A program made the position numbers and the translations under genes. This document shows positions 23,381-35,283 of a stretch of DNA of 64,000 nucleotides, piece by piece. The notes beneath the pieces are model-generated. The model searched no databases, was not told the origin of the DNA, and was given only the letters and a program-made list of their open reading frames with translations. The stretch's first letter is position 1. Each line of letters starts with the position of its first letter. The stretch is from positions 352,001 through 416,000 of the forward strand of contig CAWFFU010000011.1 of NCBI GenBank assembly GCA_963815215.1. Reading direction: 5' to 3'. Source of the stretch: an uncultured Trueperaceae bacterium (GTDB taxonomy: Bacteria > Deinococcota > Deinococci > Deinococcales > Trueperaceae).

Positions 23381-24088
23381 ATGAGCCTGTACCGCATCGA
23401 GAACCTACAGAAGCGCTACCGGACCGGCGAGGTCGAGACGCTCGCGCTGCGCGGCGTCGACCTCACCATCGAGGAGGGAGAGTTCACGGCCGTCGCCGGG
23501 CCGTCGGGCAGCGGCAAGAGCACGCTCCTGCACCTGATGGGGGCGCTCGACACGCCGTCGGCCGGCGAGGTCTACCTGGCCGATACCCGGATCGACCGCC
23601 TCGGCAAGCGCGAAGCCGCCCGCATGCGTCTGGAGAACCTCGGCTTCGTGTTCCAGGCGTACAACCTCATCCCCGTCCTCACCGCGCTCGAGAACGCGGC
23701 CTTCGTGCTGGAGCTGCAGGGCGTGAGCCGCCGCGAACGGGAGCGGCGGGCACGCCAGGCGCTCGACGACCTCGGCATGGCGGAGTTCGCCAGCCGTCGT
23801 CCCAACCAGCTCTCCGGCGGCCAGCAGCAACGCGTGGCCGTCGCCCGAGCTCTAGCGGCCGAACCGAAGATCATCCTGGCCGACGAGCCCACCGCCAACC
23901 TCGACAGCGAGACCGGGCATGCCCTCATCGAGCTGATGCGCCAGCTCAACCGCGAGCACGGCGTGACCTTCGTGTTCAGCACGCACGATCCGAGGCTGCT
24001 CGACAGCGTGGACCGCATCGTCCGGCTCGAGGACGGCCGCGTCACCGGCGAGGAGACGCGGGACGGGGCCGCGCGCGGCGAAGCATGA
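23381..24088 (+). CDS. ABC transporter ATP-binding protein (LolD-like)
   Basis: GPSGSGKS, LSGGQQQR, LADEPT, STHD. Confidence 0.95.
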   Translation: MSLYRIENLQKRYRTGEVETLALRGVDLTIEEGEFTAVAGPSGSGKSTLLHLMGALDTPSAGEVYLADTRIDRLGKREAARMRLENLGFVFQAYNLIPVLTALENAAFVLELQGVSRRERERRARQALDDLGMAEFASRRPNQLSGGQQQRVAVARALAAEPKIILADEPTANLDSETGHALIELMRQLNREHGVTFVFSTHDPRLLDSVDRIVRLEDGRVTGEETRDGAARGEA

Positions 24089-25185
24089 GTCGCCCGAAGG
24101 GCGCCGCCCCGGCGGTACGCGCCGCACGCCGCCGGCCCCGGCTACACTCGGCGCTCCATCGGATCACGCGGCTCGCGGCGGCATTGGCGCTGGCGGCGTT
24201 GGCGCTGGCGGCATCCGGTGTGGCGCTGGCGCAGGTCAGTGTTCGCGTCGAGGTCCCCTACGGCGCCACCGTGGGGCTGGCCTCCTTCGGCGGAGCCACC
24301 GCCGGCGAGGCCTCGTTCGCCACGGGTCTGCACGTCGACGCCGAAGCGAGCCTCGACCCGCTCCGCCTGACGGTACGGCTCGACCCGTCGATGCGCGCCG
24401 TGGACGTCCCGGCGATGGTCCCGGGAGCACCGCCGAGCTCGTCGTCTCCGAACTGGGAGCCCGGCCTCACCGAGGCCTACGCCCTGTTGCGTGAAGGGCC
24501 GGTGGACGTCAGCGCCGGCGTCGAGCGGCTTCCGCTCGAGACCGCACGCCTCACCGTCCCTTACCAGCTCGACCGCACCGCAACGGACGGCCGGCGCCAG
24601 GGGCTGTTCGGTGCGCGCGCCGCGATCTTCCTCACCCCGATGCGGGTGCGGGCCGCACTCTTCGAGAGGAGCGGCTCGCTCGGCGGCGCGTTGAGCGTGC
24701 GCGCCGACCTCACCAGCGTGCAACTCGAAGCCCACGCCGTCTACCTGGACGGCCTGGCGTTCGGCGCTTCGGCCAGCGGCACGCTGGCCGACACCGTGCT
24801 GTACGGCGAGGCCTGGCTATTGAGCGAGCCGTGGCGCGGGCGGGCCGCGCTGGGCGCCAGTGGCTACCTCGCCGACGCGCTGTGGACCGCCGAGCTCGCC
24901 TTCGCGCCGCCGGCGGGCCTGCCCGGCGGTGCTGCCGTGCCCCAGCTCGCCGGCCAGCTCAACGTTCCCCTGAGCGCCGACAGCGCCATCGACCTCTACG
25001 CCACCGCCGCGCTGATGGACAGCGTGCTGACACCGGGCGCCCGCAGCCTGGCCGGGCAAGGCGCGATCACCTGGGTGACCGGCGATCCCGACGTCCAGCT
25101 CGAGCTCGGGCCCGGCATCCGGGCCGACGAGCTCGGCACGCACTACGCGCTGACCGTGCGCCTCACCACCTACACCGCGTTCTGA
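24085..25185 (+). CDS. Exported probable outer-membrane beta-barrel protein
   Basis: Signal peptide ALA|QV, alternating beta-strands, C-terminal YTAF. Last gene of the ABC operon. Confidence 0.6.
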   Translation: MSRPKGAAPAVRAARRRPRLHSALHRITRLAAALALAALALAASGVALAQVSVRVEVPYGATVGLASFGGATAGEASFATGLHVDAEASLDPLRLTVRLDPSMRAVDVPAMVPGAPPSSSSPNWEPGLTEAYALLREGPVDVSAGVERLPLETARLTVPYQLDRTATDGRRQGLFGARAAIFLTPMRVRAALFERSGSLGGALSVRADLTSVQLEAHAVYLDGLAFGASASGTLADTVLYGEAWLLSEPWRGRAALGASGYLADALWTAELAFAPPAGLPGGAAVPQLAGQLNVPLSADSAIDLYATAALMDSVLTPGARSLAGQGAITWVTGDPDVQLELGPGIRADELGTHYALTVRLTTYTAF

Positions 25186-25233
25186 GGCGTCTCCCGGAGA
25201 CGGCGCCGCCTCGCGACCGACCCGCTCGCCGCG

Positions 25234-25896
25234 CTAGAGAAAAGTAGCGATGCGGGCCAGAGGCTTCCTGTCGATCTTCGGCACCCGCGCGCCCTCGGCC
25301 GGATGACCGACCACCAGGAGCAGGAAGGGCCGCTCGTGGGCCGGCCGCCCGAGCAGCTCGTTCAGGAAACCCATCGGGCTGGGCGTGTGCGTCAGGCACA
25401 CCAGACCGGCCTCGTGCAGCGCCGCGATGAGCAGCCCCGTGGCGATCCCCACGGACTCGGTGGCGTAGTAGTGCATACGCTTCCCGCCCTCGGGGGTGAC
25501 GCCGTACGGCTGCACGAAGATGCCGATGAGCACGGGCGCGACTTCCAGGAAGAGCTTGGAGGCATCAGTCCCCAGCGGCTCGAGGGCCTCCAGCCACGCC
25601 TCGGGGGCGCGCCGCAGGTAGAACTCCCGCTCTTCGCGCTCGGCTTCGACCCGGATGCGGCCCTTGATCGCCGGGTCGGTGACGGCGACGAAGTGCCAGG
25701 GTTGCAGATTGGCGCCATTGGGAGCGGTTCCGGCCACCTCCAGGCACGTCTCGATCACCGCCCGTGGCACCGGCCGATCACTGAACGCGCGCACGCTGCG
25801 TCGCGTTCGCAGTCGCTCGTAGCAGGCGCGCGCGCGGGCCAGGATGTCGTCGTCGTCACGGTCGATGTACCCGGTCAGGGGCTCGGTGGCGGGCAT
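25234..25896 (-). CDS. Nitroreductase family, iodotyrosine deiodinase (IYD)-like
   Basis: [43 protein letters not shown]. Confidence 0.85.
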   Translation of the reverse strand: MPATEPLTGYIDRDDDDILARARACYERLRTRRSVRAFSDRPVPRAVIETCLEVAGTAPNGANLQPWHFVAVTDPAIKGRIRVEAEREEREFYLRRAPEAWLEALEPLGTDASKLFLEVAPVLIGIFVQPYGVTPEGGKRMHYYATESVGIATGLLIAALHEAGLVCLTHTPSPMGFLNELLGRPAHERPFLLLVVGHPAEGARVPKIDRKPLARIATFL

Positions 25897-25950
25897 GGCC
25901 CCCATTGTGCCATCCGCTGGACCGCGCCGCGAAGCTCGGCGCCCACCTCG

Positions 25951-26901
25951 CTAGCGCGCCCGGGCGATCTCCCGCTCCGCCAGCGTTCTCAGCGCGGCGC
26001 GTGCCGGCGTGGCGTCGAATACGTCCAGCGCAGCTGCCGCCGCCTCCGCCTCGAGCCGGATGCGCGCGCGGGTTCGTTCATCGGTGCCGTTCTCGCGAAC
26101 CAGCGCGATCATGCGGGCAACGTCGTCGCCGCGTGAGGCATGGCGACGCAGGATGTCCCGCGCCTCACGCTCGTCGTGCTCGAGCAGCAACAGCAGGACC
26201 GGGTAGGTGGCCTTGCCCTCGCGCAGGTCGCCGCCCACCGGCTTGCCCAGGCGCTCGGCGTCGCCGAGGAGGTCGAGGTAATCGTCCTGCATCTGGAAGG
26301 CCCGCCCGTAGTGCATGCCGTAACGCACCAGCGCGTCGCGTTGCACCCGGTCGGCCCCGCTCAGGATGGCCACGCCCTCCACCGCCGAGGCCAGCAGGAT
26401 GGCGGTCTTCCCCTCGATGACGGCGTCGTAGGTATCGAAGCTGAAGTCCTCGAGGGTCGCCGCCTGGAACTGCAACACCTCACCCTCGCAGATGGCGGCG
26501 GCGGTGCGGGACATCAAGCGCGTGAATTCCGCGCTGCCGGTCTCGGCCAGCAGACCCAGCACGCGGGCCAGCATGAAATCGCCGGACATCACGCTCACCA
26601 CGTTGCCGTAGCGCCTGAACGCCGCCTGCGCGCCGCGACGCGTCTGGGCGTCGTCGATGAGGTCGTCGTGAAGCAGCGAGGCGGAATGGAGCAACTCGAC
26701 GGCCAGCGCCACCTGCAAGGTGCTCTCGCGATCCGTACCCAGCAGCCGGCCGGCGAGGAAGCTGAGGGTCGGCCGCAAGCGCTTGCCGCCCGCACCGACG
26801 AGGTCGTCACCGATGGCCTCGATGAAGGCGACGGACGAGTGCAGCTGTCCCTGCATACGGGCCTCGAACGTCGCAAGATCGTCCTGGATCAGCTCGAACA
26901 C
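25951..26901 (-). CDS. Polyprenyl diphosphate synthase
   Basis: GGKRLRP, LHDDLID…RRG, FQMQDDYLD, GKPVGGDLREGK. TATACT -10 upstream of the GTG. Confidence 0.95.
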   Translation of the reverse strand: MFELIQDDLATFEARMQGQLHSSVAFIEAIGDDLVGAGGKRLRPTLSFLAGRLLGTDRESTLQVALAVELLHSASLLHDDLIDDAQTRRGAQAAFRRYGNVVSVMSGDFMLARVLGLLAETGSAEFTRLMSRTAAAICEGEVLQFQAATLEDFSFDTYDAVIEGKTAILLASAVEGVAILSGADRVQRDALVRYGMHYGRAFQMQDDYLDLLGDAERLGKPVGGDLREGKATYPVLLLLLEHDEREARDILRRHASRGDDVARMIALVRENGTDERTRARIRLEAEAAAAALDVFDATPARAALRTLAEREIARAR

Positions 26902-26980
26902 AACGTCCGCCAGTATACGGGCCCGTGGGGTCCGGCCGCAGCGCGTTGCGAGCAAGGCCCCGGCGGTCCGACCGGCGCCC

Positions 26981-27625
26981 TCAGGAGCCGACGCGCTCCC
27001 TGGCGGGGCCGCCCTGCAGGTAGTACGCCAGACGCTTCAGGCCGGCGACGAAATCGACCGGCTCGACGAACACGCCGCTGGGCACGTTGATGACCGTGGG
27101 CGCGAAGTTGAGGATGCCCCGGATTCCGGCCGACACCAACCGCTCGGCGGCCTCCTGGGCGACCTGGGCGGGCACGGTCAGGAAGGCGATGTCGATCGCC
27201 GAGTGCGCCACCCGCTCTTCGATCTCGTCGACGGCGTAGACTTCGACGTCCCCGATGTGGCGCCCCACCTTGGCCGGATCGCTGTCGAACGACGCCTTGA
27301 GCTCGAAGGCGTACTGACCGAAGTTCGGGTAGTCGGCCAGCGCCTGCCCCAACCGCCCCATCCCCATGATGGCGACGTTCCAGGGCCGCGTCAGGCCAAG
27401 GATGCCGCGCAACTCGCGTCGCAGCGTGAGCACGCTGTAGCCAGCGCCACGGGTACCGAAGCGGCCGAAATGCGACAGGTCCTTGCGGACCTGGAAGGCC
27501 GACACCCGCGCCTCCTCGGCGAGAAGGTCCGACGAGGTGCGCTTGATGCCGGACTCTTCGAGGTCGGTGAGGATCCGGAGATAGGTGACGATACGGCTGA
27601 CCGTAGCCGTCGGGGCGGCACTCAT
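26981..27625 (-). CDS. rex: Redox-sensing transcriptional repressor Rex
   Basis: QVRKDLSHFGRFGTRGAGY, GMGRLGQAL, GILNFAP. Confidence 0.96.
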   Translation of the reverse strand: MSAAPTATVSRIVTYLRILTDLEESGIKRTSSDLLAEEARVSAFQVRKDLSHFGRFGTRGAGYSVLTLRRELRGILGLTRPWNVAIMGMGRLGQALADYPNFGQYAFELKASFDSDPAKVGRHIGDVEVYAVDEIEERVAHSAIDIAFLTVPAQVAQEAAERLVSAGIRGILNFAPTVINVPSGVFVEPVDFVAGLKRLAYYLQGGPARERVGS

Positions 27626-28764
27626 CAGCGCGGGAAGCTATCGATCCCCGCTGCCTTCAGATCGGACTGGACCTTCTGCAGCCGGTCCGGACCGAACGGC
27701 CCGACGAGCAGCTTGACCAGCCCGCCCTCGGTCCTCTCGGTCACCTGGTAGCCCATGGAGGCGAGCTTGGCGCTCTGCGGCTTGGCGCTCGCGGAGTTGC
27801 CGTAGGCGCCGACCTGGAGGTACCGCTGGTCGCCGCCCGTCGCGTTCGTCGCCGCATTCGTCGTCGCGTTCGTCGCCGAGGCCGCTGCGCCGGAGGACGA
27901 CGCCGGGGCCGCCGACGATGTGGCGCTGCCGCCGGCCGCGGTGCTGGCGGGCTGCGGCGCGCTGTCCTGAGTGCCCTTGAACTCGTACACCACCGGGTCG
28001 ACGCCGAACCCGCCGCCCTTGATCCTGCCGGCGACCGCGTCGGCCTCGGACTGCGTGCGGTAGGGACCGACGAGCACGATCGTCAGATCACCCTGATCGG
28101 CCAGGAACACGGGGTAGCCGGCCTTCTTGAAGACCTGCTCCTGGCGCTGAGCGTAGTCGGCGTGCGAGAAGGCGCCCACCGAGATGCGGTAGGGGGCCGC
28201 CGAGCCGGGCCCGTTGACGACCGGTGCCGCGGGAGCGGCCGACGCGGACGAACCGGCTGCGGGGGCCGCACTCGCCGTGGTCGGCGCGCTCGGCGCGCTA
28301 GGCGTCGAGGCGCTCGAGCTGGACGAGGGCGCGCCGCTGGACGCGGTGGAGCCACTGTTGTCGCTAGGCGGGAGCACCGCGACGCCGCCGCTGCCGCCGC
28401 CGCTCGCGGGTGTCGCTGCGGCCGAGCCGGCGGAGGAGCCGCTGGTCGTTGCGGGAGCACTGGTCGTCGAGCCGCCAGCGGAAGCCTGCGCCGACGATGT
28501 GGCGGCGCTGGACGAGCCACTGGAGGACGACGGCGAGGACGCTGGAGAGGACGACGTGGAGGACGACGTTGCGGAGGGTGTAGCCGCGGAAGGCACGGAG
28601 CTCTGTGTGGTCGAGCTCTGCGCTGCAGGGGTGCTGGTCCGGGTGCTCTGCCCCACAGGGAAGAACGAACCCCCCGTGATGAGCGTCGCGATGATGCCGG
28701 CGATCACCGCGACCAGGGCGATGCCGATCAGCAGGTCGGGCCAGTTACGTCGAAGCCAATCCAT
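27625..28764 (-). CDS. Membrane-anchored protein with two SPOR domains
   Basis: N-terminal TM helix, Ser/Ala linkers, YRISVGAF and YLQVGAY SPOR motifs. TAGAAT lies 6 nt before the ATG. Confidence 0.9.
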   Translation of the reverse strand: MDWLRRNWPDLLIGIALVAVIAGIIATLITGGSFFPVGQSTRTSTPAAQSSTTQSSVPSAATPSATSSSTSSSPASSPSSSSGSSSAATSSAQASAGGSTTSAPATTSGSSAGSAAATPASGGGSGGVAVLPPSDNSGSTASSGAPSSSSSASTPSAPSAPTTASAAPAAGSSASAAPAAPVVNGPGSAAPYRISVGAFSHADYAQRQEQVFKKAGYPVFLADQGDLTIVLVGPYRTQSEADAVAGRIKGGGFGVDPVVYEFKGTQDSAPQPASTAAGGSATSSAAPASSSGAAASATNATTNAATNATGGDQRYLQVGAYGNSASAKPQSAKLASMGYQVTERTEGGLVKLLVGPFGPDRLQKVQSDLKAAGIDSFPR

Positions 28765-28789
28765 GGTTCCATTCTAGTGCAGCTACGAA

Positions 28790-30325
28790 TTAGAGGTACT
28801 TGGTAATCGCGTCGCAGGCCTGCTGGTAGCCCTGCTGGCAGGAACTCTTCCAGGCGTCACGCGCCGCGCTGCGGCGGTCCTGGGAGTACAGCGCCCAACC
28901 GAGGTTGAAGTAGCTCTCGCTGTCCTTGGGGTTCTGCTGGATCAACAACTTGTAGACGGTTTCTGCGTCCTGGAAGCGCTTCGCAGCCAGATAGGCGGCA
29001 CCCAGGTCGACCCGCGCCTCGACGCTGTTGGGCGCAAGCTGAGTGGCCCGCTCGAAGTACCGGATGGCGCTGTCGTAGCTCTTCTGCTGGTAATCCGCCA
29101 ACCCGGCCCAGAGCTGGGCCTGCGCGTCATCGGCCTGGGCCTGCACGACCTGGTCGAGCTGCTTGGCGGCGGCGGCGTACTCCGCCTTGCGATACAGCGA
29201 GCGGCCGGCGATGAACCGGGCCTGGGTGATCTGCTTGGCGTCGCTGAGCTGGCCCAATGCGGCCTGCGCATTGGTGAGCGCCTTGTCGGTCTGCGCGAGC
29301 TGATCGTAGGCAGTGGCCAGCGCCAGGTGGATGTCGCCGTTGTCCGGCGCCAGGGCGCCGGCCTGCTCGAGCGGGCCGAGCGCCTTCTGGGTCTGCCCGC
29401 CCTCCAGGTAGCTCACACCAAGGTTGTACAGCGCCTGCCAGGAGTTGGGATCGGCCTGCGCCGCCAGCTGGAACGACTGGGCGGCATCGGCGTCACGGCC
29501 GAGGCTCTTCTGCAGCGTGCCCAGCTTGACCAGGATGTTCGCCTTGGCGCTGTTGTCCGAGGCCGCTTCGGCCTTCTTCAGCGCGCGGTTGAGCGCGAAC
29601 ATGGCGTAATCGATCTGCCCCTGCTTGACGTAGATGTCGGCGATCAGGGCGCTGACACGGTAGTCGCTGCTGGAAGCCTCGAGCTTGGTCAGCTCGGGCA
29701 GGGCATCGAGGCCCTTGCCCGCCTGCTCGAGCGCCTGGCCGCGCCTCAGGATCATGTCGGCGTTGCCGGGATCGAGCTGCAGCGCCGAGGCGTAGGCGTC
29801 GGCGGCCTTGGCGTAGTCGTTGGTCAGCTCGAGCTGGCCCGCCAGCCCCAGGTAGGCGGCGATCTTGTCCTTGGTCGTGGCGACGTTGTCCGCCACCTTG
29901 ATGGCGGCCTGGAACGCGGCCGCGGCGTCGCTGGGCCGGCGCAGCTTGGCCAGCGTCACCGCCCGGTTGAAGTGTCCGTCGAAACGCTGCGGGTAGAGCC
30001 GCGTGACCTCGCTGAACTCGAACAGCGCGGACTGGTAGTTCCCAGCCGCGAACTCCGCCAGACCGAGACCGTAGTGAGCATCGCCGTTGCCGTAGTCGAT
30101 GGAGATGGCCTCGAGGAAGCTCTGCTTGGCATCGGCGTACTGCGCTGCCTGGTACTGAGCGTTGCCGAGATCGACCCACACCGTGGCGTCGTTGGGAGTG
30201 GCCTGGGCCTTGGCGCGCAGATCGGAGATCGACGGTTGGGCCCACGCCGACGAAAGCACAAGCACCAGGACGAGGGATGCCAGGATAGCCCTGCCCAAGC
30301 CCCGATTGCACGTCATGCTCTTCAT
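28790..30325 (-). CDS. Exported TPR-repeat protein
   Basis: Signal peptide AWA|Q and multiple TPR units; GGAGG before ATG 30325. Confidence 0.9.
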   Translation of the reverse strand: MKSMTCNRGLGRAILASLVLVLVLSSAWAQPSISDLRAKAQATPNDATVWVDLGNAQYQAAQYADAKQSFLEAISIDYGNGDAHYGLGLAEFAAGNYQSALFEFSEVTRLYPQRFDGHFNRAVTLAKLRRPSDAAAAFQAAIKVADNVATTKDKIAAYLGLAGQLELTNDYAKAADAYASALQLDPGNADMILRRGQALEQAGKGLDALPELTKLEASSSDYRVSALIADIYVKQGQIDYAMFALNRALKKAEAASDNSAKANILVKLGTLQKSLGRDADAAQSFQLAAQADPNSWQALYNLGVSYLEGGQTQKALGPLEQAGALAPDNGDIHLALATAYDQLAQTDKALTNAQAALGQLSDAKQITQARFIAGRSLYRKAEYAAAAKQLDQVVQAQADDAQAQLWAGLADYQQKSYDSAIRYFERATQLAPNSVEARVDLGAAYLAAKRFQDAETVYKLLIQQNPKDSESYFNLGWALYSQDRRSAARDAWKSSCQQGYQQACDAITKYL

Positions 30326-30398
30326 GCCAGCCTCCAGATCGCTGCGCCTACGTATCCCCATAGACTGCGTGCGAAACGATAATTCCGGTGTCCACTGT

Positions 30399-30438
30399 AG
30401 TATGGTGCGCCGTTCCGGACGTGTGAAATCCCCCACGA
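30399..30438 (-). promoter_or_regulatory. Promoter of the TPR-SPOR-rex operon with a possible weak Rex box
   Basis: Minus strand TTCACA-17 nt-CATACT. GTGTGAAatccCCCACGA (30421-30438) partially matches TTGTGAA-N4-TTCACAA. Confidence 0.4.
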
Positions 30439-30469
30439 GATATGCCCTTCACAGCGGCAAAAACCGCCT

Positions 30470-31561
30470 TCAGGGACGGAACTCGGGCAGGCGCAAAGGC
30501 ACCCGGGAGGGGGCTCCCGTGGCGTCCGTTGCGCCCTCGCTGAGGGCGAGTTGGCCGCACGCGCCGCCGGCGTCGCGCCCCCGGCTGAAGCGCACCGACA
30601 CCGGTACCCGCCGGCGCTCCAGCTCCGCGCGGAAGCGCTCGGTGGCGGCCGCGCTACTGGCCTTGAAGCCGGAGCCGGGCCAGGGGTTGAACGGGATCAG
30701 GTTCACGTGGACCTTCAGTCCGCGTAACAGCTCGGCCAGGGCGCGCGCCCGCCCGGGGTCGTCGTTCACGCCGCGCAGCAATGTGTACTCGATGGTGACG
30801 CGCCGGCCGGTGGCCTCCTGGTAGGCGCGCACCGCGGCCACGATCTCGCTGATGGGATGGGCGTGCGCGGTGGGGATGATGGCCCGGCGCGTGTCGTCGT
30901 CGGGGGCGTGCAGGCTGAGCGCCAGCACCAACGGCAGGGCCTCGCCCGCCAGTCGTCGGATGCGACCGGGCAACCCCACCGTGGACAGCGTGATGCGCCG
31001 TGGTGACAGGTCGAGCCCCTCGGGCGCCACCAGGGTCCGGATCGCACGCACCGCGTGATCGTAGTTCAACAGCGCCTCGCCCATCCCCATGAGCACCACG
31101 TTGCGGATCGCGCGCGGCGCCACACCCTCCTCGGCGGCCACCACCAGGACCTGGCCGACGATCTCGCCGGGGGTCAGGTTGCGGCCGAACCCGAGCGCCC
31201 CGGTGGCGCAGAACGCGCACCCGGCCGGACAGCCCACCATGGAGGACACACACACGGTGGTGCGGTCGGCGTAGGGCATGTAGACCGCCTCGGTCCGGCG
31301 CCCGTCCGGCAGGCCGAACAGGTATCGCACCGAGCCGTCCTTCGACGGGAAGCGCTGCACGGTGTCGAACGGTGAGATGCGGTAGCGCTCCGCCAGGGAC
31401 GAGCGCAGCCCGGCCGGCAGGCTGGTCATGGCCTCGAACGTCCCCGCGCCGTGACGGTAGAGCCACTCGGCCAACTGGCCGCGGCGGTAGGCAGGTTCGC
31501 CGTCAGGCAGGGGCAGATCGCTGGGTGGCGCGTCGTAGAGGCTGGGCAGCGCGTCGGGCAT
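30470..31561 (-). CDS. rlmN: Radical SAM 23S rRNA m2A2503 methyltransferase
   Basis: [28 protein letters not shown]. Confidence 0.95.
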   Translation of the reverse strand: MPDALPSLYDAPPSDLPLPDGEPAYRRGQLAEWLYRHGAGTFEAMTSLPAGLRSSLAERYRISPFDTVQRFPSKDGSVRYLFGLPDGRRTEAVYMPYADRTTVCVSSMVGCPAGCAFCATGALGFGRNLTPGEIVGQVLVVAAEEGVAPRAIRNVVLMGMGEALLNYDHAVRAIRTLVAPEGLDLSPRRITLSTVGLPGRIRRLAGEALPLVLALSLHAPDDDTRRAIIPTAHAHPISEIVAAVRAYQEATGRRVTIEYTLLRGVNDDPGRARALAELLRGLKVHVNLIPFNPWPGSGFKASSAAATERFRAELERRRVPVSVRFSRGRDAGGACGQLALSEGATDATGAPSRVPLRLPEFRP

Positions 31562-31712
31562 CGCGCATCAGGGTACCGCGCGGGGATCGCGGAAGCGCGC
31601 GGCCCCGCAACGCGCCCACGGGGTCTGACGCTCGCCGGCCCCGGCCGGGCTATCATCCAAGGACGACAATCGACTCTGACGCCCTCTCGTCAAGCATGTG
31701 GGGAGACGACGT

Positions 31713-32966
31713 ATGGCTGCACGCAAGCTGAAGACGATCGGCATGGTGCTGGCAGGCGGCAAGGGAACGCGACTGCATCCCCTCACCTGGAAGCGCACGA
31801 AGCCCGCGGTCCCGTTCGGCAGCAAGTACCGGATCATCGACTTCGCCCTGAACAACATGATCAATTCCGGGATCTTCGGGATGTACATCCTCACGCAGTT
31901 CAAGGCGCAATCGCTCACCGAGCACATCCAGCGCAACTGGCGCTTCGGCAGCTTCCTGTCGGAGTACTTCATCACCCTGGCGCCCGCGCAGATGTACCTC
32001 TATGAGGAGCTCGGCGCCGAGTGGTACCGCGGCACGGCGGACGCTATCTACCAGAACCTCCACCTCATCGACAACAACAACGCCGATCTGGTGGCGATCT
32101 TCAGCGGCGATCACATCTACAAGATGGACATCAGCCACATGATCGAGTACCACCTCGAGCACGAGGCCGACGTCACCATCGCCGCCTACCCCACCCCGGT
32201 CGCCGACGGCCGCCGCTTCGGCGTGCTGCAGGTCGACGAGGACTGGCGCATCCAGGAGTTCCAGGAGAAGCCTCAGAGCCCCAACCCCATCCCCGGCCGT
32301 GCTACGCACTGTCTGGCCAGCATGGGCAACTACATCTTCTCGGTCGAGAAGCTGGTCGAGCTGCTCAACCGTGACGCCGCCGACCCCGGGAGCGAGCACG
32401 ACTTCGGCAAGAACGTGCTGCCCATGGCGCTCCAGGAGGACTACCGGCTGTTCGCATACGACTTCGCGCGCAACCCCATCCCCGGCCAGGAGGGCCCCAA
32501 CACCTACTGGCGCGACGTGGGGACGCTCGACAGCTATTGGGAGGCCAGCATGGACCTGGTCGACATCGAGCCGGAGTTCGACCTGTTCAACGACGAGTGG
32601 CCACTCAGGACGTCGGCCGAGTTCTCGCCGCCCGCCAAGTTCGTCCACGAAGAGTCGGGCAGGACCGGCCGCGCCCTGAACTCGCTGGTCGCCGGAGGCG
32701 TCATCCTCTCCGGCTGCACCGTCCGCCACTCGCTGCTGGCGCGCAGGGTGCGCGTGCACTCCTACAGCATCGTGGAGAACTCGGTGCTGTTCGACGACGT
32801 CGAGATCGGCGGGGGTTGCGTGGTCCGCAACGCCATCATCGACAAGAACGTCACGATACCCCCCGGAACGCAGATCGGCGTCGATGCCGACGAGGACCGC
32901 GCCCGGGGCTTCACGGTGACGGAGAAGGGGATCGTGGCGGTGCCGAAGAGCTACAGCTTCCACTGA
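31713..32966 (+). CDS. glgC: Glucose-1-phosphate adenylyltransferase
   Basis: [39 protein letters not shown]. Confidence 0.97.
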   Translation: MAARKLKTIGMVLAGGKGTRLHPLTWKRTKPAVPFGSKYRIIDFALNNMINSGIFGMYILTQFKAQSLTEHIQRNWRFGSFLSEYFITLAPAQMYLYEELGAEWYRGTADAIYQNLHLIDNNNADLVAIFSGDHIYKMDISHMIEYHLEHEADVTIAAYPTPVADGRRFGVLQVDEDWRIQEFQEKPQSPNPIPGRATHCLASMGNYIFSVEKLVELLNRDAADPGSEHDFGKNVLPMALQEDYRLFAYDFARNPIPGQEGPNTYWRDVGTLDSYWEASMDLVDIEPEFDLFNDEWPLRTSAEFSPPAKFVHEESGRTGRALNSLVAGGVILSGCTVRHSLLARRVRVHSYSIVENSVLFDDVEIGGGCVVRNAIIDKNVTIPPGTQIGVDADEDRARGFTVTEKGIVAVPKSYSFH

Positions 32967-33138
32967 GCGACCACCCTGCCGACGACCGCGGGCGTGATGG
33001 CGGAGAGGGGCCCGGGAGATGGTCCCATGGCTTACAGCCGCGCTTCGCGCGAGGGTGCTACCCTTGTTTGACTAGCGCCGCGCACGCCACGCGCGGCCCT
33101 TACCCATGCGGCGCCGGAGGCGCCCGCTGGAGGATCTG

Positions 33139-35139
<2,001 letters not shown>

Positions 35140-35283
35140 CGCCCGGCGTCCGGTCACGGCGCGGCCGCCGAACGTTCACCTCACGCACCGACGAGCGCGG
35201 GCGCCTCTTCCAGGGGTGCCCGCGCTTCCTCATCCGACGCGCGGTATCATCGACCGCGGGCCGAACCCTGGGAGTGCCGAAAC

